Source: an uncultured bacterium
GTDB lineage: Bacteria > Gemmatimonadota > Gemmatimonadetes > Gemmatimonadales > GWC2-71-9
Length of the DNA stretch: 64,000 nucleotides
Reading direction: 5' to 3'
NCBI GenBank assembly: GCA_965651205.1
Contig: CBFGRM010000004.1
Coordinates: 14,241-78,240 of the forward strand
Within the stretch, counting starts at the first letter, position 1. Each line of letters opens with the position of its first letter. Positions 9,589 through 19,858 of the stretch are shown here, one piece after another. Under the pieces are notes generated by a model, which worked only from the letters and a program-made list of their open reading frames with translations, was not told the DNA's origin and made no database searches. Position numbers and translations under genes: made by a program.

Positions 9589-10211
9589 GCCATCTGCCGC
9601 GCGTGCTCGGCTATCTCGACGCGTCGATGGCGTCGCGCGACCGGCTCGATGCCGACCTTGCATCGTTCGCAACGGCCGGCAGTGAAGTTGCCATCGTGGC
9701 CCGGCATCCGGGTGCCACCGCCGAACAGCTCTCGCAACTCACGCTTCGGGCGGTGGCCGCTGCCCATCGGAGCCGCGCCAGCGTGTACACCAGCGGACGC
9801 AGTGACATCGCACGCGCCTGCCGCGCCGACGGAGTGGTGCTCCGGCGCGACGACCTGCCGGCCTCCGAGATGTCGTCAGGCCTGGTCACCCTGGCTGCGG
9901 TTCACTCGCTGGCAGAGGCACAGCAGGCCGCGCGGGAAGGTGTCCAGGCGTTGATCGTCGGAACAATCTGGCCCAGCGCGTCCCATCCCGGCCGCCCGGG
10001 TGCCGGACTCGAATTGGTGAGCGCTGTTGCAGCACTCGACCTGCCGGTGTTTGCCATCGGCGGCGTCACCCCCGAGCGGGCCGGCCAGGCCGTCGCAGCC
10101 GGAGCGTGGGGGGTTGCGGCGATCGGTTCGATCTGGCACGACGAGGAGCCCGGCACGGCGGCAATCGCGCTGCTAAAATCGATCCGCAAAGCGACTAGAT
10201 TTGGGGACTGA
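9585..10211 (+). CDS. thiE: Thiamine-phosphate synthase (TMP-TENI family)
   Basis: GTG 9585 overlaps the fmt stop (GTGA), in the frame of track ORF 8814..10211. C-terminal ...LPVFAIGGVTPERAGQAVAAGAWGVAAIGSIW. The N-terminus is divergent, so the start is less certain. Confidence 0.75.
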   Translation: MSHLPRVLGYLDASMASRDRLDADLASFATAGSEVAIVARHPGATAEQLSQLTLRAVAAAHRSRASVYTSGRSDIARACRADGVVLRRDDLPASEMSSGLVTLAAVHSLAEAQQAAREGVQALIVGTIWPSASHPGRPGAGLELVSAVAALDLPVFAIGGVTPERAGQAVAAGAWGVAAIGSIWHDEEPGTAAIALLKSIRKATRFGD

Positions 10212-10268
10212 CGCGATGGCCCGACCGGAGGTGCCGATTGCCCCGGAACGCCACGCATCCCGAAGCAG

Positions 10269-10481
10269 GTGAGGTACGATGTGCAGTTGACGATCAATGG
10301 CAATCTCCGCGAAGTGGCGGACCCCGGCACGGTGGAGCAGTTGCTCGCCGAGCTGGAGCTCGACCCCCGCGCCGTCGTGGTCGAACTCAACCGCGAAATC
10401 ATCCGGCGTCCGGCCATTGCCGCCACCCGGATTCACGATGGCGACGTGGTGGAAATCGTCCACTTCGTCGGAGGGGGTTGA
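10269..10481 (+). CDS. thiS: Sulfur carrier protein ThiS
   Basis: 70 aa ending ...EIVHFVGGG (C-terminal GG). An AGGTGAGG SD lies upstream. Confidence 0.85.
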   Translation: MRYDVQLTINGNLREVADPGTVEQLLAELELDPRAVVVELNREIIRRPAIAATRIHDGDVVEIVHFVGGG

Positions 10482-10482
10482 T

Positions 10483-11247
10483 ATGCTGGAAATCGGTGGA
10501 GTCACTTTCCGCTCGCGGTTGCTGGTCGGCACCGGCAAGTACCGCAGCAACGAGGAGATGGTCGAGGCGATCGATGCCTCGGGTGCCGAGGTCGTCACCG
10601 TTGCGGTGCGACGCGTGTCGCTCGATCGCAGCGATGCCAGCGGCATCCTGCATCACCTCAGTCCCGACAAGTATTTCCTGCTCAGCAACACCGCCGGCTG
10701 CTACAGCGCCGACGAGGCGATTCGCTACGCCCGGCTGGCGCGCGAGGCCGGCTTCAACGACTTCATCAAGCTCGAGGTGATCGGCGACCGCGAAACGCTG
10801 CTGCCCGACACCGCCGGCCTGCTCGAAGCGACCCGGGTCCTTGCGGCCGAGGGCTTCAAGGTGATGGCCTACACCAACGACGACCTGATCACCGCGCTCC
10901 GGCTGGAGGATGCCGGTGCGGTCGCGGTGATGCCACTGGCATCCCCGATCGGTTCCGGGCTGGGGCTGATCAACCCGTTCTTCATTCGCACCATCAAGGC
11001 CAGACTGTCGGTGCCGGTGATCGTCGATGCCGGTGTCGGCACCGCGTCGGACGCCTGCCTGGTTATGGAGCAGGGCGTCGACGGCATCCTGATGAACACC
11101 GCGCTCGCCGAGGCCACCGAGCCGGTGCGAATGGCGCACGCGATGCGGCTTGCGGTCGAGGCCGGTCGCGAGGCCTACCTGGCCGGTCGGATGCCGCGTC
11201 GCGAGGTCGCGGTCCCGTCGTCACCCGTTGCCGGGATGCTCGGCTGA
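10483..11247 (+). CDS. thiG: Thiazole synthase
   Basis: ATG 10483: MLEIGGVTFRSRLLVGTGKY, KLEVIGD, MPLASPIGSG. Confidence 0.95.
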   Translation: MLEIGGVTFRSRLLVGTGKYRSNEEMVEAIDASGAEVVTVAVRRVSLDRSDASGILHHLSPDKYFLLSNTAGCYSADEAIRYARLAREAGFNDFIKLEVIGDRETLLPDTAGLLEATRVLAAEGFKVMAYTNDDLITALRLEDAGAVAVMPLASPIGSGLGLINPFFIRTIKARLSVPVIVDAGVGTASDACLVMEQGVDGILMNTALAEATEPVRMAHAMRLAVEAGREAYLAGRMPRREVAVPSSPVAGMLG

Positions 11248-11297
11248 CCGACACCGGCCTGGCACCGCGTCGCGCCGCGCTCGGGATCCTGCTCACG

Positions 11298-12548
11298 GTG
11301 CGGCGCGGCGCGCCCTTCGAAGCAGCACTCGAGCGCGGTCTCGGCACACTTCCCGACCTCGACCGGCGGCTGGCCCACGAACTGGCCGCCGGCGTGCTGC
11401 GCCACGAGTCACAGCTCGACGCCGTGCTCGATCCGCTGATTCCCCGCGGACTGTCCACCGTCAACGCCAAGGTGCGCGACGTGCTTCGGATCGGCGCCTA
11501 CCAGTTGCGCTATCTGGAACGCGTGCCGGCACACGCCGCGGTCACCACCGCTGTCGACCTCGCGCGCGAAGCCGCCGGTGATCGTGTCACCGGCTTCGTC
11601 AATGCAGTGCTCAGGCGGGTCCCCCGCGACGACGACAGCACACCGGTCACTCCACCGCATCGTGACCCCGCAAGGCTCGCCGAGCGCTGGTCGCATCCGC
11701 AGTGGCTGGTGGAACGCTGGTTGGCGCGGTTCGGTTTCGACGACACCACGGCCCTGCTCCGCTGGAACAACCAGCATCCGCCGCTGGTGGCGCAGGCCGC
11801 GCGACTGACTCTCGACGAAGTGCGCCGCCGCTTCGACGAGGCCGGCGTGCGCCACTTCCCCGCACCGTGGGATGCCGGGATCGTCCTCGAAGAGAGTCAT
11901 CCCGATCGGCTGCCCGGATACGCCGAGGGTTGGTTCCTGATCCAGGACCCGGCGCAGGCGCTGGTGGTCCGCTTTGCGGGAGTGCCGCCCGGCGGGACAG
12001 CGTTCGACGCCTGCGCTGCACCGGGCGGCAAGACCGTGGCAATATCGGCCACGGCGGGTCGAGTCGTTGCAGCGGATGTGGCCAGGCGACGGTTGCCGCG
12101 CCTGCGTGCCAACATCACCCGAAGCGGTCGCGAAAACATCGACGTCGTGCTCGCCGATGCAGCTTTTCCACCGGTGCGCCCGTGCGATTTCGTGCTGCTC
12201 GACGCACCCTGTCTCGGCACCGGCACCTTTGCCCGTCACCCCGATGCGCGGCTGAGGGTTCAGCCCGACGCACTGATCCGGCTGGCCCGCGAACAGGCCA
12301 CCCTGATCGACGCCCTGGCCACCAGGGTCCGTCCCGGCGGGGTGCTATGTTACGCCACCTGCTCGCTCGAGCCCGAGGAGAACAAGCTTCAGGTCGACGC
12401 TTTCCTGGAGCGCAACAAGGGTTTCCGGCGCGAGCCGCTCGAAGGTGATTACCCGCTCGACGCCGACGGCGACCTCGAACTGCTGCCGCAGCGTGACGGA
12501 ATGGATGGTGCCTATGCGGCGCGACTTGTGAGGGTGGCGACCACGTGA
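11298..12548 (+). CDS. rsmB: 16S rRNA (cytosine-C5)-methyltransferase RsmB/Sun
   Basis: NusB-like N-terminal domain, then FDACAAPGGKT, DAPCLGTG and YATCS. GTG 11298 is the first canonical start; the frame stays open upstream to about 11244. Confidence 0.85.
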   Translation: MRRGAPFEAALERGLGTLPDLDRRLAHELAAGVLRHESQLDAVLDPLIPRGLSTVNAKVRDVLRIGAYQLRYLERVPAHAAVTTAVDLAREAAGDRVTGFVNAVLRRVPRDDDSTPVTPPHRDPARLAERWSHPQWLVERWLARFGFDDTTALLRWNNQHPPLVAQAARLTLDEVRRRFDEAGVRHFPAPWDAGIVLEESHPDRLPGYAEGWFLIQDPAQALVVRFAGVPPGGTAFDACAAPGGKTVAISATAGRVVAADVARRRLPRLRANITRSGRENIDVVLADAAFPPVRPCDFVLLDAPCLGTGTFARHPDARLRVQPDALIRLAREQATLIDALATRVRPGGVLCYATCSLEPEENKLQVDAFLERNKGFRREPLEGDYPLDADGDLELLPQRDGMDGAYAARLVRVATT

Positions 12549-13069
12549 AGCTCCGGACCGCAGGATGGATCGTCGGCGCAGTGCTGACGGCGATCGTGGC
12601 CGGAATCGCGATGTCGTGGTTGTTCTATCCGTCATCGCTCACACCCGGCGAGGTGGAACTGCCGTCCCTGCGCGGCGTGCCCGCGCAGGAGGCGATCAGT
12701 CAGCTCGCTACAGCGGGGGCCCGCGGCCGGATCGCACCCACCAGGATCGACGACCCCTCAGTGCCCTCCGGCTCGGTGTCGTGGCAGTCGCCGGTTGCGG
12801 GAACCGTGGTACCCGAAAGCACCGTTGTGATGCTCGGAGTGAGCGCCGGCACACCCCGGGTGATCGTGCCCGACCTGATCGACCTGGAGCCCGAGGCGGC
12901 CCGACGGGTGCTCGACGCGGCCGGACTCGTGGTGGGCAGCATCGACAGCAGCCACAGCACCGAGCCGGTCGGTGCTATCCTCGGCACGCGCCCCGAGGCG
13001 CGGCAACCGATTCGGGTCGGCAGCGAGGTCGAGTTGATAGTCAGCAAGGGTCCCAGGAGCAGCCAGTGA
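12545..13069 (+). CDS. Membrane-anchored PASTA-domain protein (two PASTA repeats, no kinase or transpeptidase domain)
   Basis: GTG 12545 overlaps the rsmB stop. N-terminal TM helix GWIVGAVLTAIVAGIAMSWLF. Two roughly 65-aa PASTA-like units (VELPSLRGVPAQEAISQL...VVMLGVS and VIVPDLIDLEPEAARRVL...VELIVSKG). Confidence 0.8.
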   Translation: MKLRTAGWIVGAVLTAIVAGIAMSWLFYPSSLTPGEVELPSLRGVPAQEAISQLATAGARGRIAPTRIDDPSVPSGSVSWQSPVAGTVVPESTVVMLGVSAGTPRVIVPDLIDLEPEAARRVLDAAGLVVGSIDSSHSTEPVGAILGTRPEARQPIRVGSEVELIVSKGPRSSQ

Positions 13070-13731
13070 GCGTGCGGATCGCCCCCAGCATCTTGAGTGC
13101 CGACCTTGGTCGGCTCGCCGAACAGTTGGCCCGGATCGAGGCGGGCGGCGCCGAGTGGATCCATCTCGACGTGATGGATGGCCACTTCGTCCCCAACCTC
13201 ACCTTCGGGGCACCGCTGCTCAAGGCGGTGCGCAAGTACAGCGAGCTGCCGATTGATGTCCATCTGATGGTGGAGCATCCCGAGCGCTACATCCGCGAGT
13301 ACGCCGATCTCGGTGCGGCAGTGTTCTCGTTTCACCCCGAGGCCACGGTGCACGTGCAGCGGCACCTGGTGGCGGTGCGCGAGGCCGGGATGAAGGCGGG
13401 ACTGGTGCTCAATCCGTCGACACCGGTGAGCTGGCTCACCGAGGTGATCGACGATCTCGACCTGGTGCTGGTGATGTCGGTGAATCCCGGCTACGGCGGT
13501 CAGGGCTATATCCCCGCGTCGACCGACAAGATCTCCCGAGTCCGCGCGTTGCTCGACCAGCACGATTCCGGTGCGGTGCTCGAGGTGGACGGCGGCATCA
13601 CCACCGACACCATCGCAGCGGCGCATCGCGCCGGCGCCGACACCTTCGTGGCCGGCACCGCAGTGTTCGGCACCGCCGACCCCGCCGCCGCCGTAGGCGC
13701 ACTCAGGCGCGCCGCAGGATCCGGGTCGTGA
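13066..13731 (+). CDS. rpe: Ribulose-phosphate 3-epimerase
   Basis: GTG 13066 (GTGA overlap). IAPSILSADL, HLDVMDGHFVPN, MSVNPGYGGQ. Confidence 0.95.
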   Translation: MSVRIAPSILSADLGRLAEQLARIEAGGAEWIHLDVMDGHFVPNLTFGAPLLKAVRKYSELPIDVHLMVEHPERYIREYADLGAAVFSFHPEATVHVQRHLVAVREAGMKAGLVLNPSTPVSWLTEVIDDLDLVLVMSVNPGYGGQGYIPASTDKISRVRALLDQHDSGAVLEVDGGITTDTIAAAHRAGADTFVAGTAVFGTADPAAAVGALRRAAGSGS

Positions 13732-14231
13732 AATACCTGCTGCCCCTCAGCCTGCTCGCCGTCCTGGGCTGCACGGTGACGCCACTCGGCGTCGGCTCCG
13801 AGGCACCCGACTTTGCCGCCGTTTCGCTCGCGACAGGCGAACCGGTGTCGTTCGTCGACGAATACGGCGGCAGTGTCACCCTGGTCAACATCTGGGCGAC
13901 CTGGTGCGGGCCGTGCAAGGACGAGATCCCCGCACTCGACACCCTCTATCGAGCGCTCAGCGACCGCGGCTTCAGGATCGCGGCGGTGAGCATCGACACC
14001 GAGGACTCGACCGTGGTGCGCAAGTTCATCGACCAGTTCGACGTCGCCTTCGACGTGCTGCACGATCGCTCACGCGAAATCGAACAACTGTACCAGACCA
14101 CTGGAGTGCCGGAATCCTTCCTGGTCGATCGCAACGGACGGATCGTGCGGATAGTTCACGGCGACCACCCCTGGGCCTCGCCATCGAACAGGCGAATCAT
14201 CGAGCAATTGCTGGTCGAGGAGACGAACTGA
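13728..14231 (+). CDS. TlpA/ResA-like thiol:disulfide oxidoreductase, lipoprotein
   Basis: GTG 13728 (GTGA overlap with rpe). Lipobox LAVLGC and the thioredoxin motif WATWCGPC. Confidence 0.85.
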   Translation: MKYLLPLSLLAVLGCTVTPLGVGSEAPDFAAVSLATGEPVSFVDEYGGSVTLVNIWATWCGPCKDEIPALDTLYRALSDRGFRIAAVSIDTEDSTVVRKFIDQFDVAFDVLHDRSREIEQLYQTTGVPESFLVDRNGRIVRIVHGDHPWASPSNRRIIEQLLVEETN

Positions 14232-14758
14232 TGCGGCAGTGGATGATGGTTGCAGCGGTGATCGCCGGGCTGGCATTGGGCGTGTGGGGACTGACACGCT
14301 TTGCCCCCGCCCCGGTGGGCGCCACCGTGGGTGAGCGGGCGCCCGACTATCGCGTGCTCGACATCGCCACCGGCGACTCGATCTACGTCCGCAGCGGCTA
14401 CGAGGGCTACGTCACGCTGGTGAACATCTGGGCCACCTGGTGCCTCCCCTGCCGCGCCGAGATGCCGTCGATGGAAGAGGTGTATCAGGACTACCGCGAT
14501 CGTGGCTTCCGGATCGCCGCGGTGAGCGTCGATGCAGGTTCGTCCGCGAAGGTCACCGATTTCGGCGAGGAACTGGGCCTCACTTTCGACCTGCTTCACG
14601 ACGCCTCGGGCGGCATCCAGCAGTCGTTCCGCACCCTGGGAGTCCCGCAGAGTTTCCTGCTCGATCGCGAAGGCGTGATCCAGTGGGTCGAACTCGGTGA
14701 GGAAGACTGGCGCAAGCCGGCCCACCGCGAGCGGATCGAGAAGCTGCTCGACGACTGA
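14231..14758 (+). CDS. TlpA/ResA-like thiol:disulfide oxidoreductase, membrane-anchored paralog
   Basis: ATG 14231 directly follows the previous stop. N-terminal TM helix and WATWCLPC motif. It aligns along its whole length with the preceding gene. Confidence 0.85.
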   Translation: MRQWMMVAAVIAGLALGVWGLTRFAPAPVGATVGERAPDYRVLDIATGDSIYVRSGYEGYVTLVNIWATWCLPCRAEMPSMEEVYQDYRDRGFRIAAVSVDAGSSAKVTDFGEELGLTFDLLHDASGGIQQSFRTLGVPQSFLLDREGVIQWVELGEEDWRKPAHRERIEKLLDD

Positions 14759-15801
14759 TGCGCGTGCTCGCGATCGAGACCTCGTGCGACGAAACGTCGG
14801 CCGCCGTGGTGTCACGCGACGGTGGCCGCGTCACGCTCGACGGAATGGCGATCCTGTCACAGGACATCCACAAGGTGTTCGGCGGCGTGGTGCCCGAGCT
14901 GGCCTCGCGCGCACATCTGGAAACCATCGGACCGGTTGCAGACGATGCCCTGGCGCAGGCCGGGATCGGGCTGGCCGACCTCGACGGCATCGCCGTCACC
15001 CGCGGCCCCGGGCTGCTCGGCGCCCTGCTGGTGGGTGTCACCTGGGCCAAGACCGTCGCCTGGCGCGAACAGTTGCCGCTGATCGGTGTGCATCACCTCG
15101 AAGGCCACCTGTTCGCACCCGTGATCGAGCATCCCGACGTGGAGCCGCCGTTTACCGCACTGCTGGTGAGCGGCGGCCACACGATGCTGCTCGACGTGCC
15201 GGCGTGGGGCGAGTACCACCTGCTCGGCGCCACTCTCGACGATGCGGCAGGTGAGGCATTCGACAAGGTCGGCACCCTGCTCGGACTGGATTATCCGGCC
15301 GGTGCGGCAATCGAGCGCCTCGCCGCCGAAGGTGACCCGGCGAAATACCGGTTTCCGCGGCCGCTGCTCAAGGGCAGCGCCGCCAAGGATCGCTGGAACT
15401 TCTCGTTCAGCGGCCTCAAGACAGCGGTGCTGCGCGCGGTGCAACTGAGCAACGATCCGACCGCCGAACGCGCTGATCTGGCCCGCGGATTCCAGGACGC
15501 AGTAATCGAGGTGCTGGTGAGCAAGACACTCGACGCCGCCGCCGAACACGGTCGCGAGTTGGTAGTATTGGGGGGCGGAGTCGCCTGCAACCGGACCCTT
15601 GCGGCAGCGGTCCGGTCGGCAGCACCGGCAGGTACCCGAGTCGCGGTCGCTTCGCCCAGGCTCAACACCGACAACGCGGCGATGATCGGGGCTGCCGGAA
15701 GCTGGCGACTGGGGCGCGGTGAACGCGACGACGCCGCGCTGGCCGCCGCCGATTCGCTGCCACTGCCAGGCCTGACCATTCACGGAGATGCCACCGCGTG
15801 A
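14758..15801 (+). CDS. tsaD: tRNA N6-adenosine threonylcarbamoyltransferase
   Basis: MRVLAIETSCDETSAAVV and GVHHLEGH. TGATG junction with the previous gene. Confidence 0.95.
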   Translation: MRVLAIETSCDETSAAVVSRDGGRVTLDGMAILSQDIHKVFGGVVPELASRAHLETIGPVADDALAQAGIGLADLDGIAVTRGPGLLGALLVGVTWAKTVAWREQLPLIGVHHLEGHLFAPVIEHPDVEPPFTALLVSGGHTMLLDVPAWGEYHLLGATLDDAAGEAFDKVGTLLGLDYPAGAAIERLAAEGDPAKYRFPRPLLKGSAAKDRWNFSFSGLKTAVLRAVQLSNDPTAERADLARGFQDAVIEVLVSKTLDAAAEHGRELVVLGGGVACNRTLAAAVRSAAPAGTRVAVASPRLNTDNAAMIGAAGSWRLGRGERDDAALAAADSLPLPGLTIHGDATA

Positions 15802-16649
15802 CCCTAGTCTACACGCTCAGCTTCAACATCGGCACGATCGAGATCACCGGTTTCGGAATCACGATGATGCTGGCGTTCCTGGTCGGCACCTGGCTGGTGG
15901 ATCGTGAGCTCAAGCGACACGGCCTGGCCTCCGACTACGCTGGCGAAATCCTGCTGGGCGCCGTGATCGGCGGCATCGTGGGCGCCAAGCTCTGGTACGC
16001 CGCGCTGCACGGCCCCGAGACGCTGTTCGCGCGGGCCGGCCTGGTCTACTACGGTGGTTTCCTGGGTGGCACCCTGGGCGTCATCCTGGTCGGCTGGCGC
16101 CGCCGGGTCCCGATCCGCTGGACGATGCACCTGGTGGCACCTGCCCTGGCCGCGGGATACGCCATCGGTCGGGTCGGCTGCTACGTCGTGGGAGACGACT
16201 ACGGCGTGCCCAGCACCCTGCCCTGGGCGGTCGCATTTCCCGAGGGCTCACCCGCCTCGTACGCCGGCGTGATGGTCAGTTCATTCGGCATCACCCCGCC
16301 TCCGGGGAGCACCCCCGAGACCCTGCTGGCCGTCCACCCGACCCAGCTCTATGAGGTGGCGGTGATGCTGCTGGTGTTTGCGCTGCTCTGGGCCTGGCGC
16401 CGCAAGCCGCTGGGAACCGGCTGGCTGTTCGGCGCCTACCTTATGCTGGCCGGAACCGAACGGTTCCTGGTCGAGTTCCTGCGGGCCAAGGACGACCGGT
16501 TCCTGGGTGCCTTCACCTACGCCCAGGGCACCTCGGTGGCGATGTTCCTGGCCGGATTGGTACTCTGGCGTATGCTGGCCGACCGGCCCGCTCAGGCCCC
16601 GGGCGAGTGGCTCAAGGCGGGTGGCAAGGCCGCCGACGGGAGCCGTTGA
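15798..16649 (+). CDS. lgt: Prolipoprotein diacylglyceryl transferase
   Basis: GTG 15798 overlaps the tsaD stop. Polytopic membrane protein with IGRVGCYVVGDDYG and HPTQLYE motifs. Confidence 0.9.
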   Translation: MTLVYTLSFNIGTIEITGFGITMMLAFLVGTWLVDRELKRHGLASDYAGEILLGAVIGGIVGAKLWYAALHGPETLFARAGLVYYGGFLGGTLGVILVGWRRRVPIRWTMHLVAPALAAGYAIGRVGCYVVGDDYGVPSTLPWAVAFPEGSPASYAGVMVSSFGITPPPGSTPETLLAVHPTQLYEVAVMLLVFALLWAWRRKPLGTGWLFGAYLMLAGTERFLVEFLRAKDDRFLGAFTYAQGTSVAMFLAGLVLWRMLADRPAQAPGEWLKAGGKAADGSR

Positions 16650-16669
16650 CCCCGACTTTTTGCCCCCGC

Positions 16670-16698
16670 TTGACACACCTTTGATCAGGCCGTATGTT
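16670..16698 (+). promoter_or_regulatory. Near-consensus sigma-70-type promoter (TTGACA - 17 nt - TATGTT)
   Basis: TTGACA at 16670-16675, a 17-nt spacer, and TATGTT at 16693-16698. It sits 21 nt after the lgt stop, with no + strand CDS downstream. Confidence 0.6.
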
Positions 16699-16704
16699 CA
16701 GTCC

Positions 16705-16853
16705 GTGATGGTCGTCGGAGGGTCGGCGGCCGGAAAAAGTCCCAGGACGAAGAAGGGTGGAGCGAACACATCTGTTCGTCTCCGTATACTCAGGGGGCGT
16801 TCTGGGACCTCTCGACGAAACGGCCCGCCAGCGATGGCGGGCCGTTTCATTTG
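16705..16853 (+). ncRNA. Candidate orphan structured small RNA (about 150 nt), family not recognised
   Basis: Bounded by the promoter above and an intrinsic terminator. Nested helices: 16712-16722/16808-16818, 16739-16746/16801-16808 and 16746-16751/16775-16780. There is no plausible ORF, since the only open frame runs through the terminator. Confidence 0.45.
16818..16853. terminator. Bidirectional intrinsic terminator between lgt/sRNA (+) and the FTR1 gene (-)
   Basis: A 10-12 bp GC-rich stem ACGGCCCGCC / GGCGGGCCGT with a 6-nt loop. It is followed by TTTCATTT on the + strand and TTTCGTCG on the - strand. The convergent FTR1 stop is at 16883. Confidence 0.7.
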
Positions 16854-16882
16854 CCGCAGCTACAGCCCACCGCCTAGAGGCG

Positions 16883-18790
<1,908 letters not shown>

Positions 18791-18869
18791 TCTCTGCGTG
18801 GGTATCCCGGCAATCTATGGCAACACAGTCGGGATTCACAACTGCCTGTCGGGAACCGCTGACACGCAC

Positions 18870-19247
18870 TCAGCCTTCGAGCACCGCCACTGCGGCCGCG
18901 ATGTCGCGTGAGTGAGAAATCGAGAGATGGATCGTCACGCCCGGATGTGGCGCCAGCAGTTGCGCTGCCCGGCCGATCAGTTCGATCTCGGGGCGCCCGT
19001 CGGGCAGCTTGCGCACCGACACCTCGCGCCAGCCGATCGGGCGCGCGCCCGGCAGCACTTGCAGTGCCTTGTACACCGCTTCCTTGGCGGCGAGTCGTGC
19101 GGCCAGGGCCGGCGCGGGATCGAACAGTGACTCGACGTAGTGTCGTTCCTCGTCGGTCAAGGTGCGGTCGAGCAGTCGGCCGCCCAGTCGCCCGAGCATC
19201 TCGCGCACGCGATCGACCTCGACCACGTCGAGCCCGATGTTCACCAC
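18870..19247 (-). CDS. acpS: Holo-[acyl-carrier-protein] synthase
   Basis: VVNIGLDVVEVDRV...EAVYKAL...ISHSRDIAAAVAVLEG. The start is GTG 19247 or 19244; GTGGTGA overlaps the upstream stop at 19243-19241. Confidence 0.9.
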   Translation of the reverse strand: MVNIGLDVVEVDRVREMLGRLGGRLLDRTLTDEERHYVESLFDPAPALAARLAAKEAVYKALQVLPGARPIGWREVSVRKLPDGRPEIELIGRAAQLLAPHPGVTIHLSISHSRDIAAAVAVLEG

Positions 19248-19858
19248 GGCCACGGCAGGCTCCAGAACCAGTCGCTGACAGGGGTGAACCAGCCGGGTGC
19301 CGGCACCAGTCCGCCGAGCAGCGCGGCGATCACGACCGCCAGGGACAGCAACACTGCGGCAATGATCACGAACGGCCGCCAGGGGCGACGCCAGTTTTCG
19401 ATGTCGCGCGCGACTCCGGTCCAGTGCATCAGCTCGGCGTCGGCGAGCCGCACCGCTGCACCCCACGCAGCTTCCAGCTCAGCGCCGCGCATCCGGGTCA
19501 GTGCGTCGTCGCGCTCCGGCCCTGCCATCCGCTCCAGCGCTGCGCCCTCTGCGAGCAACCGGTTGAGCAGCGAATCCGCAGCATCAGCATCGGGACGCGC
19601 CTCAGCCAGTCGGCCTGCGGGATACCTCGACCGCGCGGCAGCCCGGTCGATCCGCGCCTCGGCCTCGGCGATCACGTGGTCGCGAAGCGCTCGGGCGGCC
19701 TGCTCCCACGCGGCCAACCAGGCATCACCGTCGAGTCGCTCGCGGCTGTTGAGCGCCACGATCTGGTCAACCAGTGCGAGCCGGGTCGGGTCGTGAGGGC
19801 GGCCGCGCGGCGGTGCCGCCAACCGCCCCAGCGCGGGTGCCACCGGGTTGGTGTTCAC
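19241..19858 (-). CDS. Hypothetical protein with a C-terminal TM helix (205 aa)
   Basis: GTG 19858 overlaps the HAD stop (GTGA). Ala/Arg/Glu-rich helical region, then PFVIIAAVLLSLAVVIAALLGGL. No motif recognised. Confidence 0.55.
   Translation of the reverse strand: MNTNPVAPALGRLAAPPRGRPHDPTRLALVDQIVALNSRERLDGDAWLAAWEQAARALRDHVIAEAEARIDRAAARSRYPAGRLAEARPDADAADSLLNRLLAEGAALERMAGPERDDALTRMRGAELEAAWGAAVRLADAELMHWTGVARDIENWRRPWRPFVIIAAVLLSLAVVIAALLGGLVPAPGWFTPVSDWFWSLPWPW

Noticed and set aside
10212-10268. Possible TPP riboswitch upstream of thiS (starts GGGGACTGACG...).
   Set aside because: The gap is only 57 nt. It lacks the CTGAGA and ACCTGATCTGGATAATGCCAGCG-type aptamer elements and looks like a plain SD-containing spacer.
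16731-16747. CCGGAAAAAGTCCCAGG within the candidate sRNA resembles the RNase P RNA CR-I box (GAGGAAAGTCCGGGC). SRP, 6S, ykkC and ZTP similarities were also considered.
   Set aside because: The transcript between promoter and terminator is only about 150 nt, whereas RNase P RNA is more than 330 nt. The other conserved boxes of RNase P are missing, as are the GGAA-tetraloop helix 8 of SRP and the riboswitch cores.
18791-18869. Possible Fur box upstream of the cytochrome c-FTR1 gene.
   Set aside because: I could find no convincing match to the 19-bp GATAATGATAATCATTATC consensus, only a weak TAGATT -10-like element.
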